Position numbers and translations under genes: made by a program
DNA from: Glycera tridactyla
Lineage: Eukaryota
Direction: 5' to 3'
Assembly (NCBI GenBank): GCA_965644265.1
Contig: OZ286462.1
Location: 51,460,001 to 51,524,000 of the forward strand
Length of the DNA stretch: 64,000 bases
Notes under the pieces: model-generated
Databases searched by the model: none
What the model was told of the DNA's origin: nothing
Seen by the model: the letters and a program-made list of their open reading frames with translations, nothing else
In this document: one piece after another, positions 24,784-36,690 of the stretch
Numbering within the stretch: the stretch's first letter is position 1
Layout of the letters: every line of letters begins with the position of its first letter

Positions 24784-27429
24784 TTATTTTATTTCATTTC
24801 TTCAACAGTAATACATATATTACAGTGCAATACAGTACAATGTAGTTACTTCACATTTGCCTTGGTCAAGAGGCTTCTCCAGTGAGACGAAAAATACTTC
24901 CATATTGTTATGATGTGAACACAGAGGGGATCTAGTTGACGGAAGTGGTTTCAGTGAGATGAACTGCAAATTCAACCGTTGGATACAAACATATCAGAGG
25001 CCATTGCTCTGCTTCCATAATTAGATTACCCATTTGCTTGATGGAAGCCATCCTCCAGCAAAATGTTCGTAGTTCAATTAGCAAATTTCATGCATTGTCT
25101 AAAATGAAGCAGAATATTCCTAAATTTAAACACTCCATTTGTACAATGCATTATTCACCTACTTTTCTGATATGATGATGTTAATTACGATGCCAAAACA
25201 AAGGCGAATGGGTTGCCAATATACCAAAATGATTGTCTCAGAGCTGTTGAAGATAGCAAAAATTGTAGATCAACACACCGATGTTCATTATTCTGTTTCC
25301 AAAGTTTTCATTTCTAGTGATATAAAGAATTTGGACATTGCAATACAAATCTATGATAATTTCAATATGTGAGGTCCTAAAACTCATGAACATCTATTCT
25401 GTAAAGCCAGAAAAATGTTAGTCCACATGTGACCAAATGTTGAGTGACACGCTTGCTGATCGCAATGTCCCCATATTTTACTTCTGTACTTCAAACCATT
25501 ATCATGTTATAGACAACTTGTGAATGCAGCGTGCCTTTGGAGTATAATATCCACCTCCGATGGTCTGTGAACTATGTATTCAGTATCATCCAGCAAGTAC
25601 TTAATCCACCGACCATGGTGATAATGGTTTTGGTATACAGGATGTTTTTGGTGTAGTTTGAATGATCATATCTATCAAATATAAAAGTTTTTCTCGAAAA
25701 ATAATTATATTGGTATTTCTGAAAGCCAATGGCTAGATTTTTGTGGTGTTTACTTGAGTATTGCAGTGTCGATTTTGACTGGCGTATAGATTATTTCTAA
25801 CATGCTCACTCTATGCATTACTTATAGTATGCAACAATATCAATGATCCAGATTAGAGAATCATGCAATTTGCTGAGACGTGTCACTGGTAAGCATTCAC
25901 CGATATTTTCGTCACCTTCACCATTCGTCAATTTGTTCATTTTATTGCCTTATTCACTCTTTCCTAGTCGAAATGTTTTTTGTAAGAGCATTTTGTATGA
26001 CCCAAGGGCAAATGCTCCATTGGATAAAAGTAAACAAAACGGGTGTCACCGATACGATGGCCGAGTCCACTAGGTGGTTTCACGGTATTGTTTCAGAAGG
26101 AGAAATTGGACACATTGATCAAGTATTTCCTGAGCCTCCTGAAATCCTCCTCCGAAGTACTATGCCCAATTAGCCCTGTTTCCGAGCATCAGCCTGATCT
26201 GTGTTATGGGGGGGGGGGGAGGGGGGACGGATGTGTTTGAACTGACAACTTTGTTCGATATTGACTGCTCGTAGATGATAATGTATAGAAAAGACAATAC
26301 ATAGATTTGTACATTGCATTTACTTCAGAATGCGTTATATAACACATATATCCGAACAACAAAAAACGTTATGTTCTACCAGACATTCCCCATTTGACTA
26401 CCCATCTGGTTCCTCATCATCTGTTGGTAGAGGTTTGAGATTGATTCTCGCAGAAGCAGGCTTTCATTTATCAGGAAAATATGGCATACATGATTTTCGA
26501 GTTTACACATATCAACAACCTTCCATGTATCAATCACATTTCTCTCTTGTTAGTTGATCATAATGACTCCCCTGTAAAATATGTCTAATATCATCTCACA
26601 TCATTGAAATGAATTTGAATATGTAATCAATTTGTAATCACCATCAACCCGGAAACACTTGTTCACTGGAGTAATTGTTCTATGTATATGAGTATACACC
26701 TAATGACGATATAAAATAAAGAATATCAAATCAATTCAATCAATCACGTGAGTGTAGCACGATAATCCGGTCATGGGTTCGACGTTCCAACATGCAGAGC
26801 AGTTCAAAGCTCCTTGTGAGTGTCAACGTCGCATGCATTATCACATGGATGTGCCATTTTCAGTGAAGTATCAGGTGTTGAGTATTGCGTGTGATACTTC
26901 ACAGCTGGATGAGAACTACTTTTAGATGATTTCTCCCCTAATCCATATGATAAAGGCGAGACTACATGACCGTGAGGTAAAAATCCAATGCCTCGAGACA
27001 TCCTGTGAAATTCACACCTTGTTTGGTATTGTGATTTTACTTCATGGCCATATAGTCTTGCTATATCGAATGGACACACAATAAATATTTGAGAGAAGTA
27101 GGGGATTGTCACTTGTGTTATGTCATCTTTAAACTGATTATCTACCTATAAGCAGAATAAACCCTGACGTGTCTGCATATTTACTCATTCATAAGTGAGG
27201 TCCAATATACCGATCTATACATGGCCATGAGGCGAAAGTAATTGTAGCATGAAGTATATAACACATACATCGTTTGAATATACATATTCAGTGTAATTGA
27301 TATGGTATGGCTTTTGTCAACTGATGTCATGGAATTTCATTGAATGATGAGATGGTGGATAGTAATGTGTTCCTCGCATGTGCGGAGGGAACATAGAAAA
27401 AAATATAGTGATGGGGCAATTTAGAAAGG

Positions 27430-27430
<1 letters not shown>

Positions 27431-27492
<62 letters not shown>
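27431..27492. repeat. (TG)31 microsatellite (copies at 29956-30021 and 32485-32558)
   Basis: Pure dinucleotide run in each triplication unit. Confidence 0.97.
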
Positions 27493-27494
<2 letters not shown>

Positions 27495-27638
27495 CGTGTC
27501 ATGGAGGGACACGGACGTAAGAGACAAACTTATGAACCCTTCTCTATGTTTCGGGTCTCCCTGTAGAGGCACTGGCCAAGCAATATGACCGATCTGAGAC
27601 ATGTGTTTGTGTGCACTTTTTGGCCATCATAAAATGGC

Positions 27639-27815
27639 AAAATATTCAGCTCTCTACCCTGTCGAATAAAGGGACTTTATCCACCATATCAACATAAAAT
27701 ATTCAGCTCTCTACCCTGTCGAATAAAGGGACTTTATCCACCATATCAACAGAAAATATTCAGCTCTCTACCCTGTCGAATAAAGGGACTTTATCCACCA
27801 TATCAACATAAAATA
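27639..27815. repeat. 57-bp tandem repeat x3 (also in units 2 and 3, near 30168 and 32705)
   Basis: AAAATATTCAGCTCTCTACCCTGTCGAATAAAGGGACTTTATCCACCATATCAACAT at 27639, 27696 and 27753, with no spacers. Confidence 0.95.
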
Positions 27816-27953
27816 TGCATTTCCGCGAAAGCGAATTTTCAACTTGTGATCGTGACTTATGCTACTTGTGTTACCGAATCATTCAATTTTCGAATGAAAT
27901 ACAAAATGTCACTGGTTCACTTCAGGTCGGATCTTGAAATGTATCTTTGAGTT

Positions 27954-28844
27954 TCATTTCCTGCACAGGATAGCAACGAATGCTTTGCGGAACTGTATGC
28001 TTCTCCAGCCATAAATCAATGGATTGACACAACAGTTGCAGTTGAAGAGGAAGAGAATGAGTGGGGAATAGTAATAGTAAGTATCCAGTTCGAGATGTCC
28101 AGCTGCAATTAGTGTATTAGAAATCAGATATGGAAGAATGAAGATCATATAAATCCCTATCACATATGCTCCCATTTTGAATATTTTCATACTGTTTGAG
28201 GCCGGGATTACACCTGTATTTGCAGGTCGTACCACCATGATGTTTCTCTTGCGAGCTACACGGAAGATGATGGAATATAAGAGAATGATTGACAGGCAAA
28301 TCATCCAGACAGTGCAGGTTGAAAGTATCAACTTGTACTCCTCACTGGGCATTTCAGCAATGCATCGTCTATCCAAATGTATCTCATAAACATCATAACC
28401 GATCAGTGCTAAATTTGCTAATCCCGAAGCGAGCATTATCAACACTAGCCTGTCTCTTGTTATATAGATATGATACTTCATGGGGTGTATGATGTACAGG
28501 TAGCGTTCCACAGCTATCAAAATGACCCCAGTGATATTCCCAAATGCAGAACATTCTACAAAGACTGCATACACCCGACAATTGATCATGGCTGCTGTGT
28601 GGGAAAGCCCCCAGTCAATGCTGATTACCATATACATGACGGAGACTGGATGTGAGAGTACATCAGCAATTGCTAGGTTCAGGATGGGGATATTGGATGG
28701 ACTCTGCAAATAGTCATACTTGAAAATGGCATACATGGGAGGGGAGGGGGGACGGATGTGTTTGAACTGACAACTTTGTTCGATATTGACTGCTCGTAGA
28801 TGATAATGTATAGAAAAGACAATACATAGATTTGTACATTGCAT
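27954..28844 (-). pseudogene. 5'-truncated duplicate of GPCR gene 5 (no N-terminus or TM1), fused in frame to 36 junction-derived codons
   Basis: Identical to residues 46-305 of the 33020-33937 protein. The junction is at ~28735, and the frame stays open upstream to a true ATG at 28842-28844. Confidence 0.85.
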
Positions 28845-29954
28845 TTACTTCAGAATGCGTTATATAACACATATATCCGAACAACAAAAAACGTTATGTT
28901 CTACCAGACATTCCCCATTTGACTACCCATCTGGTTCCTCATCATCTGTTGGTAGAGGTTTGAGATTGATTCTCGCAGAAGCAGGCTTTCATTTATCAGG
29001 AAAATATGGCATACATGATTTTCGAGTTTACACATATCAACAACCTTCCATGTATCAATCACATTTCTCTCTTGTTAGTTGATCATAATGACTCCCCTGT
29101 AAAATATGTCTAATATCATCTCACATCATTGAAATGAATTTGAATATGTAATCAATTTGTAATCACCATCAACCCGGAAACACTTGTTCACTGGAGTAAT
29201 TGTTCTATGTATATGAGTATACACCTAATGACGATATAAAATAAAGAATATCAAATCAATTCAATCAATCACGTGAGTGTAGCACGATAATCCGGTCATG
29301 GGTTCGACGTTCCAACATGCAGAGCAGTTCAAAGCTCCTTGTGAGTGTCAACGTCGCATGCATTATCACATGGATGTGCCATTTTCAGTGAAGTATCAGG
29401 TGTTGAGTATTGCGTGTGATACTTCACAGCTGGATGAGAACTACTTTTAGATGATTTCTCCCCTAATCCATATGATAAAGGCGAGACTACATGACCGTGA
29501 GGTAAAAATCCAATGCCTCGAGACATCCTGTGAAATTCACACCTTGTTTGGTATTGTGATTTTACTTCATGGCCATATAGTCTTGCTATATCGAATGGAC
29601 ACACAATAAATATTTGAGAGAAGTAGGGGATTGTCACTTGTGTTATGTCATCTTTAAACTGATTATCTACCTATAAGCAGAATAAACCCTGACGTGTCTG
29701 CATATTTACTCATTCATAAGTGAGGTCCAATATACCGATCTATACATGGCCATGAGGCAAAAGTAATTGTAGCATGAAGTATATAACACATACATCGTTT
29801 GAATATACATATTCAGTGTAATTGATATGGTATGGCTTTTGTCAACTGATGTCATGGAATTTCATTGAATGATGAGATGGTGGATAGTAATGTGTTCCTC
29901 GCATGTGCGGAGGGAACATAGAAAAAAATATAGTGATGGGGCAATTTAGAAAGG

Positions 29955-30023
<69 letters not shown>

Positions 30024-30482
30024 CGTGTCATGGAGGGACACGGACGTAAGAGACAAACTTATGAACCCTTCTCTATGTTTCGGGTCTCCCTGTAGAGGCA
30101 CTGGCCAAGCAATATGACCGATCTGAGACATGTGTTTGTGTGCACTTTTTGGCCATCATAAAATGGCAAAATATTCAGCTCTCTACCCTGTCGAATAAAG
30201 GGACTTTATCCACCATATCAACATAAAATATTCAGCTCTCTACCCTGTCGAATAAAGGGACTTTATCCACCATATCAACAGAAAATATTCAGCTCTCTAC
30301 CCTGTCGAATAAAGGGACTTTATCCACCATATCAACATAAAATATGCATTTCCGCGAAAGCGAATTTTCAACTTGTGATCGTGACTTATGCTACTTGTGT
30401 TACCGAATCATTCAATTTTCGAATGAAATACAAAATGTCACTGGTTCACTTCAGGTCGGATCTTGAAATGTATCTTTGAGTT

Positions 30483-31373
30483 TCATTTCCTGCACAGGAT
30501 AGCAACGAATGCTTTGCGGAACTGTATGCTTCTCCAGCCATAAATCAATGGATTGACACAACAGTTGCAGTTGAAGAGGAAGAGAATGAGTGGGGAATAG
30601 TAATAGTAAGTATCCAGTTCGAGATGTCCAGCTGCAATTAGTGTATTAGAAATCAGATATGGAAGAATGAAGATCATATAAATCCCTATCACATATGCTC
30701 CCATTTTGAATATTTTCATACTGTTTGAGGCCGGGATTACACCTGTATTTGCAGGTCGTACCACCATGATGTTTCTCTTGCGAGCTACACGGAAGATGAT
30801 GGAATATAAGAGAATGATTGACAGGCAAATCATCCAGACAGTGCAGGTTGAAAGTATCAACTTGTACTCCTCACTGGGCATTTCAGCAATGCATCGTCTA
30901 TCCAAATGTATCTCATAAACATCATAACCGATCAGTGCTAAATTTGCTAATCCCGAAGCGAGCATTATCAACACTAGCCTGTCTCTTGTTATATAGATAT
31001 GATACTTCATGGGGTGTATGATGTACAGGTAGCGTTCCACAGCTATCAAAATGACCCCAGTGATATTCCCAAATGCAGAACATTCTACAAAGACTGCATA
31101 CACCCGACAATTGATCATGGCTGCTGTGTGGGAAAGCCCCCAGTCAATGCTGATTACCATATACATGACGGAGACTGGATGTGAGAGTACATCAGCAATT
31201 GCTAGGTTCAGGATGGGGATATTGGATGGACTCTGCAAATAGTCATACTTGAAAATGGCATACATGGGAGGGGAGGGGGGACGGATGTGTTTGAACTGAC
31301 AACTTTGTTCGATATTGACTGCTCGTAGATGATAATGTATAGAAAAGACAATACATAGATTTGTACATTGCAT
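30483..31373 (-). pseudogene. Second 5'-truncated duplicate of GPCR gene 5, with the same chimeric ORF
   Basis: Translation is identical to 27954-28844; junction at ~31264. Confidence 0.85.
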
Positions 31374-32483
31374 TTACTTCAGAATGCGTTATATAACACA
31401 TATATCCGAACAACAAAAAACGTTATGTTCTACCAGACATTCCCCATTTGACTACCCATCTGGTTCCTCATCATCTGTTGGTAGAGGTTTGAGATTGATT
31501 CTCGCAGAAGCAGGCTTTCATTTATCAGGAAAATATGGCATACATGATTTTCGAGTTTACACATATCAACAACCTTCCATGTATCAATCACATTTCTCTC
31601 TTGTTAGTTGATCATAATGACTCCCCTGTAAAATATGTCTAATATCATCTCACATCATTGAAATGAATTTGAATATGTAATCAATTTGTAATCACCATCA
31701 ACCCGGAAACACTTGTTCACTGGAGTAATTGTTCTATGTATATGAGTATACACCTAATGACGATATAAAATAAAGAATATCAAATCAATTCAATCAATCA
31801 CGTGAGTGTAGCACGATAATCCGGTCATGGGTTCGACGTTCCAACATGCAGAGCAGTTCAAAGCTCCTTGTGAGTGTCAACGTCGCATGCATTATCACAT
31901 GGATGTGCCATTTTCAGTGAAGTATCAGGTGTTGAGTATTGCGTGTGATACTTCACAGCTGGATGAGAACTACTTTTAGATGATTTCTCCCCTAATCCAT
32001 ATGATAAAGGCGAGACTACATGACCGTGAGGTAAAAATCCAATGCCTCGAGACATCCTGTGAAATTCACACCTTGTTTGGTATTGTGATTTTACTTCATG
32101 GCCATATAGTCTTGCTATATCGAATGGACACACAATAAATATTTGAGAGAAGTAGGGGATTGTCACTTGTGTTATGTCATCTTTAAACTGATTATCTACC
32201 TATAAGCAGAATAAACCCTGACGTGTCTGCATATTTACTCATTCATAAGTGAGGTCCAATATACCGATCTATACATGGCCATGAGGCAAAAGTAATTGTA
32301 GCATGAAGTATATAACACATACATCGTTTGAATATACATATTCAGTGTAATTGATATGGTATGGCTTTTGTCAACTGATGTCATGGAATTTCATTGAATG
32401 ATGAGATGGTGGATAGTAATGTGTTCCTCGCATGTGCGGAGGGAACATAGAAAAAAATATAGTGATGGGGCAATTTAGAAAGG

Positions 32484-32560
<77 letters not shown>

Positions 32561-33019
32561 CGTGTCATGGAGGGACACGGACGTAAGAGACAAACTTATG
32601 AACCCTTCTCTATGTTTCGGGTCTCCCTGTAGAGGCACTGGCCAAGCAATATGACCGATCTGAGACATGTGTTTGTGTGCACTTTTTGGCCATCATAAAA
32701 TGGCAAAATATTCAGCTCTCTACCCTGTCGAATAAAGGGACTTTATCCACCATATCAACATAAAATATTCAGCTCTCTACCCTGTCGAATAAAGGGACTT
32801 TATCCACCATATCAACAGAAAATATTCAGCTCTCTACCCTGTCGAATAAAGGGACTTTATCCACCATATCAACATAAAATATGCATTTCCGCGAAAGCGA
32901 ATTTTCAACTTGTGATCGTGACTTATGCTACTTGTGTTACCGAATCATTCAATTTTCGAATGAAATACAAAATGTCACTGGTTCACTTCAGGTCGGATCT
33001 TGAAATGTATCTTTGAGTT

Positions 33020-33937
33020 TCATTTCCTGCACAGGATAGCAACGAATGCTTTGCGGAACTGTATGCTTCTCCAGCCATAAATCAATGGATTGACACAACA
33101 GTTGCAGTTGAAGAGGAAGAGAATGAGTGGGGAATAGTAATAGTAAGTATCCAGTTCGAGATGTCCAGCTGCAATTAGTGTATTAGAAATCAGATATGGA
33201 AGAATGAAGATCATATAAATCCCTATCACATATGCTCCCATTTTGAATATTTTCATACTGTTTGAGGCCGGGATTACACCTGTATTTGCAGGTCGTACCA
33301 CCATGATGTTTCTCTTGCGAGCTACACGGAAGATGATGGAATATAAGAGAATGATTGACAGGCAAATCATCCAGACAGTGCAGGTTGAAAGTATCAACTT
33401 GTACTCCTCACTGGGCATTTCAGCAATGCATCGTCTATCCAAATGTATCTCATAAACATCATAACCGATCAGTGCTAAATTTGCTAATCCCGAAGCGAGC
33501 ATTATCAACACTAGCCTGTCTCTTGTTATATAGATATGATACTTCATGGGGTGTATGATGTACAGGTAGCGTTCCACAGCTATCAAAATGACCCCAGTGA
33601 TATTCCCAAATGCAGAACATTCTACAAAGACTGCATACACCCGACAATTGATCATGGCTGCTGTGTGGGAAAGCCCCCAGTCAATGCTGATTACCATATA
33701 CATGACGGAGACTGGATGTGAGAGTACATCAGCAATTGCTAGGTTCAGGATGGGGATATTGGATGGACTCTGCAAATAGTCATACTTGAAAATGGCATAC
33801 ATGGTCAACGAATTGCCAAAGAGTGACAGCAATCCCTGCAGCAATCGCACTACTATAAAAATGTCCAACATCAGGGGCTCCAGAACCTGTGTTTGGTTGC
33901 TATTGTTGGATACATTCGATGAAATGGTCATAGCCAT
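33020..33937 (-). CDS. Intronless class A GPCR (array gene 5), 305 aa; full-length parent of the truncated copies
   Basis: 7TM pattern; FGN, LAIAD, NCR, AVERY, ILPY, NPLIY, FRKAF; NxS/T sequons in the N-terminus. Confidence 0.95.
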   Translation of the reverse strand: MAMTISSNVSNNSNQTQVLEPLMLDIFIVVRLLQGLLSLFGNSLTMYAIFKYDYLQSPSNIPILNLAIADVLSHPVSVMYMVISIDWGLSHTAAMINCRVYAVFVECSAFGNITGVILIAVERYLYIIHPMKYHIYITRDRLVLIMLASGLANLALIGYDVYEIHLDRRCIAEMPSEEYKLILSTCTVWMICLSIILLYSIIFRVARKRNIMVVRPANTGVIPASNSMKIFKMGAYVIGIYMIFILPYLISNTLIAAGHLELDTYYYYSPLILFLFNCNCCVNPLIYGWRSIQFRKAFVAILCRK

Positions 33938-35160
33938 AGCGGATTCTCACCCTAAAGTCCGATCCTTTCGAAATGTTCCAAAAAATCAGCTGGTACATAG
34001 AGCAAGTCCCTTCGAGAGTAGTTTAATGGAAAATTCCATGCATATACCGCCACTAGGCCGGAGTTCACTGATGGATTTCGAACGCATGGGAAATCCGTTC
34101 CATAGTGTATAAAAAGAATCCCGAGTGGCGCTGTACTGCAGCTTAGATACTTTCGCATCCACTTGCTTCTTTCGATTCCCATTTGGATCACAATCATGAA
34201 AGTTGTGACCCTGTGATACATCGTTCTCTACACCTCATCCTTGTGCATATGTGATTTCCGTGAAGTGGCGGGTAGGGGGACTGCTACCTCACGCATTCTC
34301 TGTAATTGCTGTCGTTGTTATGAAATAACTAGCTTGGGACTCGTTTGATTGCTGGGACTGCATCATGTTTGATGACCAATATTGGTAAAGCGCCCGGTCC
34401 AAGAAGAATCAATTCCAGGTCCCACCGAGAATAACGCAAAATATAATCAACATCCATGCCATTGACAAGAGGTATAACAGGTAGAGAGAGATGCATTATA
34501 CAGTATGCGAAAGCGTATGGAGGACGCATTTGCGGTTATACGTGCGCTGAGTATAGTACTATACCTAGACAGAGCTTGGAGTTTGTTGAGTCTGAGAGGG
34601 ATTCTGTTTGTATCTGACAGGTGACTGCCTGCTCAGTGGAATGCGATCACTGACCATACCCGTCACGTGCACATCGTGATCCGGGAATAAATGATAATCA
34701 TGCACAATCATGTGGGATGACAGAGCTGTCTAACCACACATTCCTTTGTGAATCTCTATATATATTTCACTGTGGGTACCTGCGGTCCTGGCTCCTTAAG
34801 ACTTTTGTTGTAAATATATTGCTATACAGTTGCCGTATTTAAGAAATTTGTGATGCAAGTTGTAAGACTCCCTATGCACCACTGAGACAATATATATCAA
34901 CTTTTTTTCTATTGCAGTTTGTTATCAACAGCATGCATGATAAAATCGACTGCAATCTATTCAAACCATCATATGGTACAACATATTGGCCAGAGAAAGA
35001 AAGTTGCAGAGATATCGTCCTTGAGGTAAAGTCCATGCCTCGATACATATTTTTCAAGATATAAGTGAATATCCAGTGATCTTGTATGGATTAAGGTACT
35101 CACTCAAGGAATAAGTAAGAGCAAACCTATTAGTAGACAAAATGTACCTACATAGGCTCT

Positions 35161-36090
35161 TCAATTGTGAGGGCCTATCCTTGAAATTCGCCTCCTGGTC
35201 AAGATGATGAGAAAAGCTTTGCGAAACTGCTGGTTCTGCCAGCAGTATATGACTGGGTTGATGTAGCAGTTAGTGTTCCATAATGCGAGAATAAGGGCCG
35301 AATAATTGTAATAACTCTCCAGGGTTATCAGACTGCCAGCAATTAGTGTAAGACACACAACATAGGGTAAAGTGTAGACAATATAAAGTCCTATCACGCA
35401 AGCAGCCATCTTGAAGATCTTGATGCCATTTGAGGTTGAAGTGAAGTGCATGGAGACTGTCCGCACATCTATGGTATTCAATTTACGTGCTAAGTTGAAT
35501 ATCAAACTGTATACCACAATCAGTGTGCTGTATGTACACCAGAGGCTAGTACAGTAAAATATAATCTGATAGAATTGGGTTGGTATCTCAGGATTGCATT
35601 GATGGTTTGGGGTCAACTCGTATGTACTCCAGAAAGAAAGCATAAAGATCACCATCCACACAAAACATGTTATAAACACGAGTCTCTTCTTTGTGATATG
35701 GGCGCGATATTTCATAGGATGTGCGATGTACATATAACGTTCATTTGCTATCATGCAAATCCAAAACATGTTACCTACAGCGGCAATGTTTATTGTGAAT
35801 GCATACACCTGGCAGATGATCAGAAGTATGTCTTCGGAGATACCACATTCATAGCTTATAATGGTGTACATGATAGCAATTGGGAGGCAAATGATATCTG
35901 TACTAGCCAGATGCACAATAAAGATGTTGGATAAGGTTTGCAAGTGTTCAAACTTGGAGACAGCATATATTGTGAGTGAATTGCCGAACAGTGATAGGGA
36001 GCCTAGGAAGATTCGAACAGCGATGAAAAACTCGAGCATGAAAGGTCTAACAAAATGGTTCGGACTACTGCTGCTAGTTTCATTCAACAT
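35161..36090 (-). CDS. Intronless class A GPCR (array gene 6), 309 aa from the first ATG
   Basis: The ORF-track start at 36126 is TTG; the first ATG is at 36088-36090 (MLNETSSS). Motifs: FGN, LASTD, ICQ, ANERY, TLPY, NPVIY, FRKAF. Confidence 0.93.
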   Translation of the reverse strand: MLNETSSSSPNHFVRPFMLEFFIAVRIFLGSLSLFGNSLTIYAVSKFEHLQTLSNIFIVHLASTDIICLPIAIMYTIISYECGISEDILLIICQVYAFTINIAAVGNMFWICMIANERYMYIAHPMKYRAHITKKRLVFITCFVWMVIFMLSFWSTYELTPNHQCNPEIPTQFYQIIFYCTSLWCTYSTLIVVYSLIFNLARKLNTIDVRTVSMHFTSTSNGIKIFKMAACVIGLYIVYTLPYVVCLTLIAGSLITLESYYNYSALILALWNTNCYINPVIYCWQNQQFRKAFLIILTRRRISRIGPHN

Positions 36091-36473
36091 CTGGGATAGA
36101 GGAACAGTTTTTCCTAGACGAAGCAAGATATAACCTGATTATTCCTCACTTAGTCCGCCCTGGAAGTTTCTATACTGTGTAGGTCCTTGCTTTTGATGGA
36201 TTTCATCTTGTCAGGATGCTCAGATGGCTTCTCTTTCTGACTGGAGACACTCATATGATCCAGCGAAATCCAAGTCATGTCTGCTCAAATTTACACTGGC
36301 ATCATGACCAGTAGTCAATACGAAAGCTGTGATGTATCATGCCATGGGAATGCTTGCTATAGTTTCTGTCCTTGCATCTGGTAGATTTCACAATGTAAGG
36401 ATGCCCAGATGTATCCTGCATGAGACTGATGATAACTCATGTAATGCAGCAAAAATCTGAGTCAGTTTCATGC

Positions 36474-36690
36474 AAATGTTATGGTCAAAATCCAAATCAT
36501 ACTCAGACTCAGTATTCCATATAAATGTTCTGGTCAAAATCTACATCATACTCGGACTCAGTATTCCATATAAATGTTCTGGTCCAAATCTACATCATAT
36601 TCAGACTCAGTATTCCATATGAATGTTCTGGTCAAAGTTCACATCATACTCAGACTCAGTATTCCATATAAATGTTCTGGTCAAACTCCA
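36474..36690. repeat. 49-bp minisatellite, ~4.4 copies, ~0.4 kb upstream of gene 6
   Basis: AAATGTTCTGGTCAAAATCTACATCATACTCAGACTCAGTATTCCATAT-type units at 36474, 36523, 36572, 36621 and 36670. Confidence 0.93.

Larger units (their letters stand above)
26206..33804. repeat. Tandem triplication of a ~2.53-kb unit (26206-28734, 28735-31263, 31264-33800)
   Basis: Three near-identical units of 2529, 2529 and 2537 bp, each starting with ATGG plus a G tract. Differences seen: (TG)n of 31, 33 and 37 copies, the G-tract structure, and a G/A/A substitution at 27234, 29759 and 32288. Confidence 0.95.

Noticed and set aside
25140-25940. Additional highly degraded GPCR remnant
   Set aside because: Only a short IGNPFAFVL-like string and weak similarity of 25960-26100 to gene 5's 5' flank are visible, with no TM2, DRY or NPxxY traces.
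25880-26173. RWFHGIV motif resembling the start of an SH2 domain
   Set aside because: No FLVRES core or other SH2 features follow, so this is a short chance match in a GTG/TTG-type short ORF.
27639-27815. 57-bp, 49-bp and 42-bp repeats as possible CRISPR arrays
   Set aside because: The units are contiguous with no unique spacers, no cas genes are present, and the context is eukaryotic.
27317-32668. THTHTH and CVCVCV repeat ORFs
   Set aside because: They are produced by the (TG)n microsatellites.
5850-35934. Recurrent plus-strand ORFs such as ..PITHAPIFKIFIP.. overlapping the GPCRs
   Set aside because: They are antisense shadows of the conserved KMGACVIG coding segment. Their similarity derives from the minus-strand genes.
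36091-36126. 12 extra N-terminal residues of gene 6 in the ORF track
   Set aside because: That start is TTG. The first ATG at 36090 gives an N-terminus like those of the paralogs.
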